Virus record (IMG/VR): IMGVR_UViG_2974730439_000001 | Span: 35,849 to 99,848 of that record | Source: a virus | Taxonomy: Duplodnaviria; Caudoviricetes | Length of the DNA stretch: 64,000 nt | Direction: 5' to 3' (one strand) | Part shown: positions 29,089 through 44,100 of the stretch, piece by piece | Numbering within the stretch: the first letter of the stretch is position 1 | How the letters are laid out: each line of letters opens with the position of its first letter | Program-made: the position numbers and the translations under genes | Notes under the pieces: model-generated | Told to the model about the DNA's origin: nothing | The model's database searches: none | The model's input: the letters and a program-made list of their open reading frames with translations, nothing else

Positions 29089-29200
29089 TCCTAAGAGTTC
29101 TGAAGATTGGGCAATTGTTGCTAAGTATGATACAGTAGAATTTACTGATGAAGAAGATATAAATCAACCTACAGAAGTAGAAATAGATGGTATGGAGTAA
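29066..29200 (+). CDS. 44-aa acidic peptide
   Basis: MMELKNYNPKSSEDWAIVAKYDTVEFTDEEDINQPTEVEIDGME* bridges the gap between its neighbours. Confidence 0.5.
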   Translation: MMELKNYNPKSSEDWAIVAKYDTVEFTDEEDINQPTEVEIDGME

Positions 29201-29618
29201 TGAATTAATTTTATTAGCTCCAAGAGTATTACCAAATAGAAAACCCTTAGAACATCCAAGTTTTATAGGCTTATATACAGCTATAAATAAAGAATATTCT
29301 AAGGGTTTTATATATTTAGTATTTAAGCATATAGATGCAAATCAAGTTAAAGATTTAGAAGGATCTTTAAATAATACTAAATATTATTATAGTATGAGAT
29401 TACTATACGTTAATAATAAATATTTTGTTATATTTACTTTCTATATAGATGATATTAATATAGAAGAGTATAAAGAACATGGTAATATTGGTTTTACTAT
29501 AGAAGATTATGCTATAGTTTTTATTTTTTGGGGTGATTTAGTTAAAGATATGCCTCAGTTTTATAATAAGGATATATTTGAATGTAAAAACAAATTAAAT
29601 GAAAAGGACCTATTGTGA
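29187..29618 (+). CDS. hypothetical protein (last + strand gene)
   Basis: 143-aa ORF. Confidence 0.75.
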   Translation: MVWSNELILLAPRVLPNRKPLEHPSFIGLYTAINKEYSKGFIYLVFKHIDANQVKDLEGSLNNTKYYYSMRLLYVNNKYFVIFTFYIDDINIEEYKEHGNIGFTIEDYAIVFIFWGDLVKDMPQFYNKDIFECKNKLNEKDLL

Positions 29619-29634
29619 AATAGGTCCTTTATTT
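29602..29634. terminator. bidirectional terminator at the convergent strand switch
   Basis: AAAGGACCTATT-GTGA-AATAGGTCCTTT between convergent genes. Confidence 0.85.
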
Positions 29635-32600
29635 ATTCTCCTAAAATTTGTTTCTAATAATAATTACGTTTACTTTGGATATCCTTAAGCTCCCATAAGT
29701 TTTTAAAAGGTGTAAGTTTCCATAGAGCTCTTTCAAATTCAGTCATACCTTTATATGCTCCTTTTTTTATTACTTTATTACCGTCAAAACTTTCCTCTTT
29801 AAATAGACTTCTTGTAGTATTAAATAACATATTAGCTGGAGCAGACATAACTTCTGTAGCATTTTCTATATAAGATATAATTGCAGAAGGACTTTTAACA
29901 GTTCTAGCTATATCAAATATATTATAAGGAGCCATAATTTCAAAAGAAGTTCGTTCTGTTACATAAGCAAATAACTATTTTAATTTATTTTTCTTATCAT
30001 CATCCGCTGAGCTCGATATTAGAGGTCGTAGTAATTGAGTAATTAGAAGCCACAAAGATATTTCTGTCGTAATTTTTGCTATATTTTCTCTAACTACTGG
30101 GTCACTTAAAAACTCTCTTCTAAATGCTAATAGAATATTTTCATTATGTTCTATCGCCTAAGTAAATATTCTATAAGGAGTCTAGAAAACCGCTTCTTTA
30201 TATCTTCTGGTCTAATAATCTAGCTATCTACTCATTAGAAAACGTTCTTGAAGAATAACTGGTAAATACTACCTATGCATCATGACAAACTATCCTGCCG
30301 CATTAGCAAGAATTACAGATCTCTATAAATCTGTTAATTGTCCGTCTGCAGATTGAGATAACTATCTAGCTAAATATCCAATTTCATTTTTGACAGCATC
30401 TACTGCAGATTGATTTGCTGGATCTTTAGCTACCATTTCTCCTCCTATAAACTATATCGCATCTCTAAATGTTAATTTATCTCCAAAGTTCCAGTCTAGA
30501 ACATCACCAGGTTTAAACACTTTTAATACATATTTTTGCTTATATGCCTCTCTAGACATAAACTATCTATTACCATTCTCATCTATAACTAATTTATAGT
30601 TGTGCATAATAGAACCAAGTATCTAGCCTTTAACAAAATGATCTTGCAATGTATATATACCAAAACCCCAATGTTTACTAGTCATATTAAGTAATTTATT
30701 CCTATTAGTAGGATTCAGCTGCATTGTAGCACCAACTTCAAAGTATTCCATACATTTGGTCATAAAAGGAGTATATGAAGTTACACCAAGTTTATTTGGT
30801 ATATTTACTACCAGATCGCTTATCATATCTTTAAAAGCATAAGATGCGTCTACTGGATTATAGTAACGCTAAACTAAAGAATTGACTATGTGAGAGTATA
30901 ATGCAGTAAAACCGCCTGTAAGAGCACACCATAGATTTAACGCTAAGTTTCTAGCTGTACCTAAAGTTCTAAGTATAGCTAACATTTTAGTAACATTTAT
31001 TTCTCTTGGTTTACTTATATCATAATTAATAAGATTGAATATACTACCTTTATATGGCACTATACCAAATAATTTACCACTTTTGTTATTACCGTAGCTT
31101 ATAGTAACAGTCTGACTCTTAATATCATAAAGATTCATATCTATAAAGGCCTTTGCAAACTTAGCTACATTGGTTTCATTCGTTTTTACCTATCCACTTC
31201 TATCTAAGTATTTTTTGCCTAGTATATGAGATTTAAGTAACTCTACTTTAGGTTGAATTTCTTTTTTATATTTCCATTCCTTAGCAGACCTATAATATTC
31301 TATTACACTGCCAACAGCATCTGCTTTTAACACAGCAGGATTGTCTAATCTAGCAATATAGTTCTATGGTATAAGGTTAAGTCTTTCTCCATTCGGTTTA
31401 TTAAGGGCTTTATTAAATCCTTTATCATCATTACGTACAGATAATTTATCTTTAAACCACTCAGAAAATCCTTTAAATGGAGCAGATAGTTTATATAAAC
31501 CTTTAGAAGCTCTCCATTCAGCGCCAATATATCTGTATAAGCTACCAGATATTTGTGGAGTCCTATAAGGATATATTTTACTTAAATTGGTATATTCCGC
31601 ATTAGCCTCAGCCATTGTCTGTAGTAAAGCATCATATAATGCTTTAACTTCTGGATTATTCTAAATTTTATTATATCTGTCCGAGGAATCGTATTTATCT
31701 TCTTTAGGAATCCAGTATTCATCTTTTAATTCAGGGTGATCTACCTGAGCTTGATAATAGGCTTCATTATAAAAAGGGCTATCCTTAGATACTTCTAACC
31801 AGTTGTTATTAGGTACTCTTTCGATTAAACTTTCATCCTTAGGAACAAGTTTAGTATACCAAGATTTAGGAACTGTTTTAATACTTACTCTGCCATTACT
31901 ATCCGTGCTTTTAATAGTATATGCATTAGCTTGTAGCCATAGTTGTGCAGATTCTGGGTCATCGTTTAGCAATGAATCATAAAACTTACGTTTATCTTCA
32001 TACCACTATTTTGTAGGAACAGTTTTTGCAATTTCATCAAACTCATATTCCCCAGGAATAGTAGAAGCTTTCTTTTGTTTCCTTATTTGAGTCATTCTAC
32101 GAGATATAGCGCTAAGTGCATTTTTAGTCCCTTGAGGCAGATTATTAGCATCTATTTCCCCAGTAGAATCTTCTCGAAACATAGACAATATGGCTCTTCT
32201 ACGTTCCTATAATGCTGCGTACTCTTCTCCGTAATATTTTTTAGCAGCTTTATCTAGCATTTGATAAAACTTTTCTTTATACTATACTTTAGAATTAAGC
32301 TCCAGCCATTCATCTTTTTGAGCTTGTGTAAGCGTTTTATCGCTCATTACACGAGCTTTTTCTTTTTCATAAGCTTCGCTATTCTTAGTCAATACAATAC
32401 CTTCAGAAAGCTTTTTATTAAGTTCCTATAGTTCTTCCGCTACCTATAATTGGATGCCTTGTTTTTTACGGCCATTTATATCATATATACTAGCTAACTA
32501 TTTTTTTTCTAACTAATGCTTTTTTAATTGAGCTCTTTCTTGGGGATTTAATCTTTCTAGTCTAACTATACCGTAATTATCTCTAGCTTTATTTTGTAGG

Positions 32601-35170
32601 TTACGAATATTTATTTGTATAGATTCCCTTTGCTACTGTGTTTCATTACTAAGGTGATTGAAAGCCTCATAATAATCAGCAGTAAAACGCCTTTCACAAT
32701 GTTCCGATAACCATTTATTTCTCAGTTTATTATATTCTATACGTATTGCTCTATTTTCTGGTAAATTTAAGTCAGTAATATCAATACCTAATTGCATACA
32801 AATATTATCCATCTCTTTTTTGTACGCTTTTTCAAATTTCCCATAATTTCTAGACCTTACAAAATATCCAGTGGTGTTACCATCATCATCTATCTCAAAT
32901 AGCTATAGTTGATTATATTTATTAGTTTTCTATAACAGTTCTATTAACTAGTTTTGTTTAGCGTAGGTATCTTTCCTTACTTTTTCTTCGGCTCCATTTA
33001 TAAGATAAAAAATAGATTTTATACAATCGTCCTTTATTTTATCTCCAGCACCAAATAAATAAGTAAGATAAGATATATCCTTATCGTAAGATGTAATATC
33101 AGTCTATTCGTATCTATATATGGTAACAGCTCCTACTTCTACTCCAACATCTTTTAGTATTTTAGATGCATTTCTAGCTATCTAGCTTTTAACTATAAGT
33201 TGCCCTTCTGTTAATAAAGCCTAGTACGACTTGGCTCTCTTTATCAATCTATCTAGTTTGTAGTTGCCATTGCCATCTTTACCTACTATTTCTCTATAGG
33301 GTTCCCTATATATCAGTTGCTGAACTATATCGTCTATTATACCAACATAAAAACTAAAGAAATTCTAGTCTAAATCATTAAGTTTAGTATCATCTATTAT
33401 TTCATTATTTTTTCTAGCTTTTATTAACATTTCAGATGCTGTTTTAATTTCATCTGCTGATTGTTGTAGGAAGTTATTAATACTTTCATAGTCTGATACT
33501 AAACCCTGAGTAATATTCTAAATTTGCCACTCCATAGTTTTTTTAGCTTGCTACTCTACTATAGGATCCGGATGTTTAAATATTTTTAAACGAGATTGTA
33601 GCGCTTCATTTATACTTTGCGCTAAATTATGAGTAATTTTTTCAAACTATTCTTTATCTTGTTCTATCTAATCTAACTGGGATTCCATATTAAAGATAGC
33701 TTGTTGCTACCTAGATACTAAATCGTTAGTATTATCAAAAAAGTACTAATAGGGAATATTATTATCCACATTAAATGATATTAAATCTAACAATTCTCCC
33801 TGTATTACTTCAATATCTTGTTGACTATACTATTTTGTGAGTAGATTTACTATACTTCGCCATATTTTTTGTAGCAAATCTTTTATTGAATTTACTTCAT
33901 TTTTATTTGCCATATCATTTATAATGTTTTCTACAAATGACTAGTTAGTTAATAATTCTGAAGTGAATTCATATATATCTTTTAAACCGTAATAATCTCC
34001 TGTTTCTTTTTTAGGGCCTTCAATTAGTAAAACCTTTTTATAAAGTTTATTTATTGTATCATATACATATTTCTCTTGCTAAGAGAAATTTTTGCCCTAT
34101 TTTACTCTATATATACTGCTTACTGTATAAGCATGCACTATCTCATGCATTAACGTTCTGATATTTTTATCAGTACTCTGCATTGAAAAAGTTGCAGGAT
34201 TAATTCTTATTGTATTATTTGTTAAAGAATAATCCATATACTAAGTATTAGCAGACAATTCAATTAATATATTACTATCCTTAAACAAGTTATACAGATT
34301 ATCAAATCTACTTCCGGCATAGTAGAACTATAGTTGCTACAGAGCATTAGAAACTGTAGTTACAGCGTCTTCATGGAATATTTTCTATAAAGTATAATCT
34401 AACCCTATGTTAGGGTCGTACTCAAAAACAGATTCTGCTTTAAAGATACTATCATCCTAAGTAGAGAAGGCCCCGCTATTATCTATAGATTTAACAAGAT
34501 TAGGATTACTTATAGAATATACCGTTCCATAATTCTATTTTTCGTAATCATTCCAAAACATTTCTATATCAGAGATATCAAAATTCATTATACCTTCACC
34601 TACATCTTTCACGTGGCTGTATATTACACCATCGTAATCTGCATTTGCAGACAATCTCCTCTATCCAGGATACTGCTTCTCTACAGCATCTCCAATTTCT
34701 TCTCCTTTTCCATCTATTGTTAATGGATTACGGATGCTTAAAAATACTTTAGTAGGAAGACCAGAATAAGTAGCAGCAGTCATATAGTCACCAAAGTAGA
34801 TATCGCCATATTCATCCCCCTTAAATACTTTTATATCTTCATATCCATTGTGATAAACAATTAATGGTTCTCCATTTTCATCTACTATCTTTGATGAACC
34901 TTCAACGTTGTTTATCCAATCACCAAACCAATTTTTAAATTCGTCTGTAAACACTTTTACTTTAGCCTTAATAGCTTGTTCACGATTGCCATTATAATGG
35001 CTCAAAAGATCTGAAAACAGCTTAGAAGGCTCCCCATTGGGAGCCTGATCTATAGCATGACCGTTATTTTCAGACACTACGTAATATGCAGCGTCTTTAC
35101 TACCTAATACTGTAGTAAGTTCGTCTACTGCTGCTTTTACTTCTTTATTATCTAAAATTAAACACTGCAT
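29633..35170 (-). CDS. ~1845-aa virion cargo / polyvalent protein (TAG=Gln) with ART-like and zincin domains
   Basis: Seven ORF-track fragments share one frame and end at TAG; terminal TAA at 29633. FKNWFGDW..SKIVDENGEPLIVYH near the N-terminus; HEIVH at 34133-34147. Confidence 0.8.
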
Positions 35171-35172
35171 AA

Positions 35173-38100
35173 TTACTTACATTCTTCTTTACGTTTTTTA
35201 CCATTTTTTTTCAGATTATTCACAGTACCTTCATTTATTTCAGTGATATCGTCAATAGGAGTTTCTACACTATCTATGATTTCTGTTATGAGTTCAGTAA
35301 CATCAATAGCCTCAGGTTCTGGAGTTAAATCTTCAAATTCTATTCCACTGTCAGTTTCCATCCCATCTAAATCTGATAATAATGTATCATCTATATGATT
35401 TATATTATCTACTTCAGATGGATCTGAAGAACTATCAACAAATTCCTCAGGAGATATAGTTTCTGATGATGCTATTTCCTACTCCTAAGTGCTGCTATCC
35501 TATATTTCCTAATCAGTATAGTTATCTGTTTGATCTAATTCTATAGAAGCTTTTTCTTCTATATTATCGTAATTAGAATAATCTACAGAGTGATAACTAT
35601 CATCTTTCACAAATACAATGGGGTCTTTTCCTCTTAATAACTGAACTCGCTTATCTATTAAATTAAATACATTATTTATCTAATCTAACATTTTATCAGT
35701 GAAATTATTAGTATCAAATGCTGATGGTTGATCACCTTCTTTATACAACTCATATATTGAGTTAGAACCAGCATCATATCCCAATTTAGGTACTACTGTA
35801 TATATTCTTTCAATGGTCTTTCCAGTATCAAGATTCACTATATCCCCTATTCTTTGGTATACGTCAATATTATTACCTGTACCTACTATTTTGAAGAATT
35901 TATAGTTTTTAGATATATCATAATCTCCTCTCACACTTATAACAGTGTTAACGTTTACTCTAGTTTTACTAGTAGCTGATGCTAAATTAACTACATTAGA
36001 TACTCGTTCTCCACCTTCATCATCACGTCTAACTCTTCTAACAAATACAGGTACTATGTCATTATCTCTCCAATAGTTTCTTACAAGATTCAAATATATA
36101 GAGTCTACCCAATCTGACGTATTATTACTATTTACTACAGATGTATCTCCATAATTTAATTTGTTAATAGCGTCAGCAATAGATGATACATAACCTAATT
36201 TTCTCTTATATGACATAGGTACTAAATTAAAGAATGAATTAGGAGTTCTGTTATCGTAGCTAGTTAAAAATGAATATTTAACTAAAGTTTCGGCAAATTC
36301 TCTGATAGTATTATCTTCACTAGTAAGTAAGTCATAAAACGCGGATCTAAGTCTATCTTCATAATACCTAGAGTTATTCATAGTAGATGTAGACGTATTT
36401 ATATAACTTATATTCCTTTTATTGTTAGAGGTTACCGCTTGTAAATAGTTAAGTAGTTCGTTTGTAATATTTCCAGATTCATCTACAAAAGTTATTAGAT
36501 TAACATTATCCTTATTAACTCTAATATAATTTTTTATACTATTTAATCTACGAGCAATGCTATCTTTTCCAAACAGAATACTGTTTATATCACTATCAGT
36601 TAACATAAGATCAGTATTGTTGGCTGTTACTTTAGCTCTAATTATACTTTCTACTTTATTAGAAAGAGCTCCAACATATTCCTTATTACTAGTAGCTTTA
36701 TATTTAAATAATATAGATTTACCATTATTAGTAGGAGTATAGTTTCCACCTCTTATTTGCTGTAATATAGAAGTAAGTATTTCTTTATAACCATTCGTAG
36801 CTGCAAACACTTGTGATCTCAATATACTATTTGATAAATCCATAGCATATATTAACTTCTTATGTAAGAACGTATTTCCAAAGTAAACGTCTAGTCCATT
36901 TGTATCTACTGTATCAGTAAAGAATTTTTCTTTATTATCCTCTATAAATGTAGTATAAGAATTATAAAAGTTCTATAATTGAGATAAGTTATTACCATAC
37001 TTCTTAGTATCTATCTAAGATCTTTGAACTAAATCTGCCATAGTTTGAGCATCAGAAGCTAAATCTTGATATGCTTTAACAACTAATAGTTGTTGAACTA
37101 TATCTTGAGGAGTGATATCATTGCTTCTAAAAGATTCTAAACTACTAGCAAGCTTAGATTGATTAAACGCATCAATACTTCCATTCTACACTAGCTACTC
37201 AATCTGCTTTTTATAAGTATCTGATAAAGGGAATCTATTTAGCATATCCCAATATTTCTATTTTATATCAGAGAATATCTAGTTATCGTACTACTTACTA
37301 ACTCCGATTACTCCTTCATTCATAATCTTTCTGTTAGCGTACTCTTTTAACGCTGGCTGCGCTAAGAATAAGAATGTATTTCTACCTTTACCTGTTCTAA
37401 GTAAGAAACTAGCCATGTTATAAGTAACTTTATTAACATTCAACACGATTATATAAGGATCTTTAGCAACGTCTACGTGAGCGTTAATCATGGCAGATAA
37501 CCAATCAAGTATCTTATAACCATCCTATCCAGTTATTTCATCAAATTGATTTAAATTGTATTTACTAGCTCCTTCAGAGAATTTCATTCTAAGATGAGTG
37601 GCCTAAGTAAGGCAATGATTAGTAGAATTTAAAGCAAAAGGAGCAATACCGGCTTTACCAGACGTGTATTCTGTTTTTCTAGATTCCTAGAACGAAGGCA
37701 TAAGTTCGTACATAGGTTCAGCTTCTTTCAGTTCTGTAGTCTATACTAATGGTAATATTTCTTTTTTAAGGATACCAGTAAGAGTATCAATAGAAGCTCT
37801 AGTTTCTGCTAGCGTCTTCTTATCTGAGATTACTAAAGTATAACTATCTAATAACTTATTAATTAATGCGCCTTCTGTTTGTTCTACATATGATTTAGCG
37901 TTGTTATTCCAAGTATATCTTTCATTAGTTTCAGGATCATACGCATAAGTAGCTATGTACAATTTATCAATATCGAAGTCAGATCCAGTCATAGCTGTAA
38001 ACTCATCAGGTACTACTATAGTATCTCCAGTTTGAGCAGGTAATACGTCTGCTACTATAAACGAGAATGTTGATGACAAACCCTGAGTAGGGATACGATA

Positions 38101-41100
38101 GCCAATACCATAAGGTTTAGAATTGTTGCCTATTACATTATGCTCTATTAACCAACTTCTCATAGTAATATAATCGGTCTAATATTCCTAAGGAACTACA
38201 TCTCTGAAGAAATTAGTACTTAACATAACTTCCATGCTACCTTTATCTGGATCAAAACTAAGTTTCTTTCCGTCATTAAAAGGTCTGGCAGTTTCCTCAT
38301 TCCATACTTGATTAGCTCTAAATCCAAATGATGCCATTTGAATAGCAGAACCACCTGGAGTATTTACATCTATAACCTCTTTATTAATAAGCGATATTAT
38401 TTTACTCTCAATCCAATTACGAGTACTTAATGATGCAATAGGAGCTCTGAAATTACCTTTCTTATCTAATGCGAGTGCTTCTGTAATTTCTGCAGACATA
38501 TTAGTACCTTTAGCTTCCTATATAAGATAGTTTGATAACGCTTTATTGTTTATTCTACCATTCTTATCAAAGAATCTACCGGCTACTCCGTTACTGCCTT
38601 TGAGTTTCATGTAACCCTTGGTAGACAAAGCTTTTATACAACCAAATACATCCTTTTTAATCCTAGCTCCAGATACATTTTGACCTTTATTATGACCATA
38701 ATGGCGATCATCTACTACATTACCAATACATATTTTTACTGCCTATGTACCAAATGATCTATCAGTATGTTCATGTGGTTCAGTATTTAACTGTAACCTA
38801 AGTTGTTTTATATCTTGTACTTTAGTAGTAAGACCTCCATTAAGTCTTTCTACTACAGTATCCTAATTTATAACAGTTGTAGAGGGAGAATTAATAGCTT
38901 CTATATTGAGCTGAGTATTTCTATTATCTTTATATACTTTAAGCTTATCTCTAGTAGACCCTACTTTGGTTGAAGATTCAAATTTCAACATATCAATAGT
39001 ACCCAGTTGTTCATTGTTCATTCTATCATACAGATATTTATTATCAGCATTAGCTAATATCTTGAACATAGGGAATAACGCCATTTTATCAAACACTGGT
39101 ACATTTATATCTGATACCTCATCAAAATGGTCACCAAAGTACATCATTTTTAGTGGTTTGATTGAAGCTCTTAACGCTTTTGCATATAGTTCGGGATTTC
39201 CAAGTACATTCTAATTACTTTCGAGTATATTATAAGCTTCTTCTATTTCTGGAGACCATTCTCCTAAAGCCTACATAATACGCTTATAAAATGCAGGTCT
39301 GATATATACAGCAGCATCTGCCTAATTGATATTACCAGAATTGTTTTCATCATCATAGGCATATGGATCTGCTGATTTTACAGCTTGTTTTTCAATAAAC
39401 TTGACATCATCAACGCTCAATTTAGTACGATCTTGCATAGTATTATCAAAATGCTTATCGTCTGTAAGTTTAAATAATTCATCATCTGTCAAACTTGGAT
39501 TATTTTTCTTAAGCATTGTTCTAGCTAAATCAGCTTTAAATATTTGTTCAAGTCTACTATGATATTCAGAACCTATCATATTATCCTACAATATAGCACT
39601 AGTGTATTTAGTACTATTTCTAGGATCATTATCTCCCCAATGTGTTCTAAGATTAGTACCAGTAGATAGTACAGAGGATAAACGTTTAATCTTATCAACA
39701 TCCCTTTGAAATATTCCTACAATTTTATCAGATTTCCATTTATAAAATGCAGGGTCTCCAACGAAACACTTCTCTATTTCCTCTATAGATATAGCATAAC
39801 CGGCCACATAATTAGCTATTATACTATAGATAATATCATTCTGAGTAATAGCATTAAACTCTTCTGGTATATGTGATACTAAGGTTTCATAGAATGCAAA
39901 TGGGTTAGCATTTTCCTAATCTTCTAATACAGAAGTAGAAGGCAAATTGCCGTACTACAAATTGCCTTTTTTATCTCTAGATATTACTCCTAATTTTATA
40001 GCCTATTCTATCTCTTTATCTACTTTATCTATAAGCAGAGTATTCATAGAATCTCTAAGCAAGGCTCTATCTTCTATTAGTTCTGTTCTAATACGGTTCA
40101 GAGCTTGAGTTATTAACTCAGGATTTCCTGATTTCTCTGCATCATCTAACATACGATTAAGACTAACTGTAGCTCCATTTATAGGTAACTAGTTAAAATA
40201 ACGGAATCTACCACCGTTACCACCAGGAGCCATCTTTCCATCTTTACCTATTTCGCCATGATAATTATCATAGAATCTAGATTTACCTTTTTCTACATCT
40301 TCTTTACTATCGAAATATTTTACTATAGCATTGTATTCATCTAAGAAGTAATTACAGAATATATCTAGGGTTTCATTAGAGAATCTACGAGGAATTATAG
40401 TAGCTTCCATAGAACCTTCGGCATTAGGAGAGTACTTTATAGTGCCTAAAAAGTCTTTTGGTAATTTAATACCTTCTATACTATACCAAGTCTTTTTATC
40501 GGACATAGTTGGTAGTATTAATCTACCTTGATGCACTAACAATAGTTTAGCTATATAATCTTCTAATGGAGTAATTCCAAAATAATCTCTACTAGAGTTG
40601 GTTATATTATCTCTAATAGCAATAAGAGTGTGTAGTTTAAGTTTTGGTTTATCAGGAGAAGTTAAAGCTTTAACTATGAGAGAATTTGCGCTATATGCAG
40701 ATCTAGCTATATTATCTAATTTGTTATAAGCATTAGTATTTAACCATCTAAGCTAATCAGACATATAGTTGTTCTAAGTAATAGGATACAGCAAACTACC
40801 GTCCGCTCCAGTAACACTGAATTCTTCAGGAGTTGGATGCATTTCTCCGTAAGCTATCGCCATTAGGTTAATTACAGCATTAGGACTTTTATAATTGAAT
40901 ATACGAGATGCAGATATAGTTTGTCTCTTAAATTTAGCCTCTAGACTCTTTGCGTTATTCATTAACCTGATGTTGTGCATTATAGAATTACTAATAGACC
41001 CAGGCATATTTTTATATAATGCACTAAATACAAAGAATTCAGGATAGTTAGTAGAGTTAGTATTTACTTTTCTCAATAAATAATTCAAAGATTCACTATC

Positions 41101-44100
41101 AAAAGGTATACCTATTGCATTTAATAAGTTTAAAAACCTTTCCTTAGTATGTTCAAACTATTTTAGTCCTTGATTACGTATATCAGCATTCTTACTATTT
41201 AATCGCTTTTGTATCTATTCTATATCACTTAGTATCTGTTTATCTAATTTAGCTAATTCAGAATATCTATTCGTATTTATACGTGACCTATTGTTTTTAT
41301 CAGTAAAGATTAAAGAAGATAACATAAAGTTCTGAGACCACTGACTCGGTAATCTAGCTATCTTTCGCAGATTACTACTATCCATTACTGTCCATACTTT
41401 TCCTCCTCTTCCTTTAGTATTCTTCTGTATAGTTCCTGTAGAAGTATCAAATATATCTACAGTATCCATACTGTTTTTTGCACTTTGTATAGTAGTCAGT
41501 AACTGAGTAACTGTATTTTCTGGTAATGAATATGCAGGATTATCTATTCTATCAAGTAAAGTAGCAAAGAATGGATCCGCTTTAGCTAAGTTTCTTACTC
41601 TTCTTATCAAATCTGGCCAATCGTTAGATAACCATAAATTATCTAATATTTTATTCCACGTAATATCAAAAGATTGTGCTACATCTAAACCAAATATATT
41701 ATCTTTTACAGTATCTACTATTTGATTACCATTTTCGTCTGTAACAAATTTGGATTGAGGAATAGAATAGAAGAATAATTTGGCGTTAAATGCTACATTT
41801 GCTTTCTTACTTATCTCATATGAAGCTCTATCCCATACATTGTCGTAAGTATCTCCTGAATCTTTAGCTTCTTTCTCTGCTATTTCTGCTTCTTCACGTT
41901 CTATAGCCCTAATACCTAACTCTTGTAGATACGCACGGATCTATTTAGCAAATAGACTTTTATTACTGAGCACATCGTGCACCATCTACTTTTTAGACTC
42001 ATTGTAATCATATTCTCTAGCATCATATAAATATTGAATATTATCAAATACATCATCTAATTTTAGATTTTGTATGTCTTCCATACTTCTAATATTAAGT
42101 ATAGATAGTGCTGTATTACTTAAGGTTTCTACTATGTTATACAGAGTATTGGCGTTGGCTATATGAGGCATATTTTCCTATTCCTTATTACTTATACCTG
42201 GAGCATAATAACCTATACCAACATCATATTTCTTATTAAATTCCTCGAGAGTATCTTGATCTAACTGCGCATTCTTAAAATTGCCTTTTCGTATTTGATT
42301 GAACACTTGATTTTGTAGGCTAAGTTCCTTTCCTGCGAATGCCATTACTAAGTCCCATATAGCTTTAAAGAATTTTTTTATTCTGTAAGTCCAGGTTGGA
42401 TTTACTTCTTTAAGCATATATGCTTTAAATTCTTCTGCTAATTGCTCTTCTATTTCCTATTTAGTGCTATTAGAATACTCAGGATTTCTTTTTACATAAT
42501 CTGAGTATATCTAATCCCTCTGTGCAGGAGTTAATAATAACAAAGATACGTAATGCCATGCCTCATGATATTCTACTCCTGCTCCACCTTTAGTAGATAG
42601 AACTATTCTAGCTACAAATTCATCGTGTATACGATCAAATACAGATTGTAATAAACCATATGCTGATGGAGTATTAATAGCTCTCATAGCAGCATTAGTT
42701 ACCATTACATCATCCGGATCTATACCCAAAGTATCATGTAACCATTTTTTAGCAGCAGCAATATCTAAGGTGCCTTCTCCTCTTACTGTGGAGAATACGC
42801 CTTTATTACCCAACATCTTCTATAATACTCTACTATTATTGGGTAATATAACATATTTACCATCTGCTTTACGTACATACGTATAACCTTGTTTTGGAGT
42901 AAGACCTGCAGCAATAGTTTCATCATAAGTAAGAGCTTTATCTTGCTATGGTAGTTCTATAGTAGTAGTTTTTTTAGATTCTTCTGTAGCTATTTCGTCA
43001 GAAGGCTATCTGGGTTGCTCATATTTAGGTTCTACAGTAGCAGTTACTTGTTTAACTTTCTCATTAGTAGATTGTTTAACCTATTCGATATTACTAACTT
43101 CAGCAGTTTCTGCCACAGCTGCATCATCGGCATACACAAAAGGATCTCTAAAAGCTCTATCTCCAACATCAGTTTTAAGCACCTGATGGTTTATCATCCA
43201 AGACATCAGTATAGGAGTACCATCTTTACGAACCACTTTACCATCAGTATCTCTTGTAAGATTTAAATCTTGCATAGTAAATACCAACTCATCACAGTTC
43301 AATACGCGATAATAATCAGTATTGTACTTATTCATATACTCGATAGCAGCATTTACAATGTTATCTGAAATAGGATTCATCATAGCTTCTTTATCGGTAT
43401 TCCAGTGTAAATTATTTGATATTTGTCTGATTACATCGTAAGCTTGCTGATCTGTAAATACTATCTTGCCGTTCGTATTTTTTATTTTCAGATATTTTAA
43501 TACGTAAGATCCATCAGGTGTTCTAGATGCATACATCAAGAAACTACCCTTAGTATTAGTGTAGTAATGTAAAGTTTTACGAACATAAAAAGATAGTTTT
43601 TCTACACGATTATCTCCTACAGTTACTGTGCCTGGACCGTAATTTACTAATATATCTAATATATCTAAGAATTCAGGATTGTTAGATACAGGTAACGTCT
43701 AAGTGACTAATCTAAATAATAATTCTGCAGTGCTAAGCGGCACACGTTTACCGTTATCGTCATATTTGGCTTTACCATCTGGAGTATAAGAAGTTATTAG
43801 GTTCTTAGATCCTCCCTATATGAAATGTCTCTTTTCTGCTAACATTATTGGAGCACTACTTCTCTAAGAAGGAGTATTGTCTACTTTAGGTATTATGTAT
43901 ATTTTACCTGCATACCCAACCCCTTGAGCAGATGCTTTTGTTACTTGATCAAAATTTACTATAGTAAATCTATCAGCAGGGTCCATTGGGAATGGGCCTT
44001 TACCATATCCAAATTCTACTTCTCCGTTTAATATCTGATTAGACATCTATATAGGATCTGAACTTAAACCAAATTCCTATACTTCAGTAAGAGATCTATA

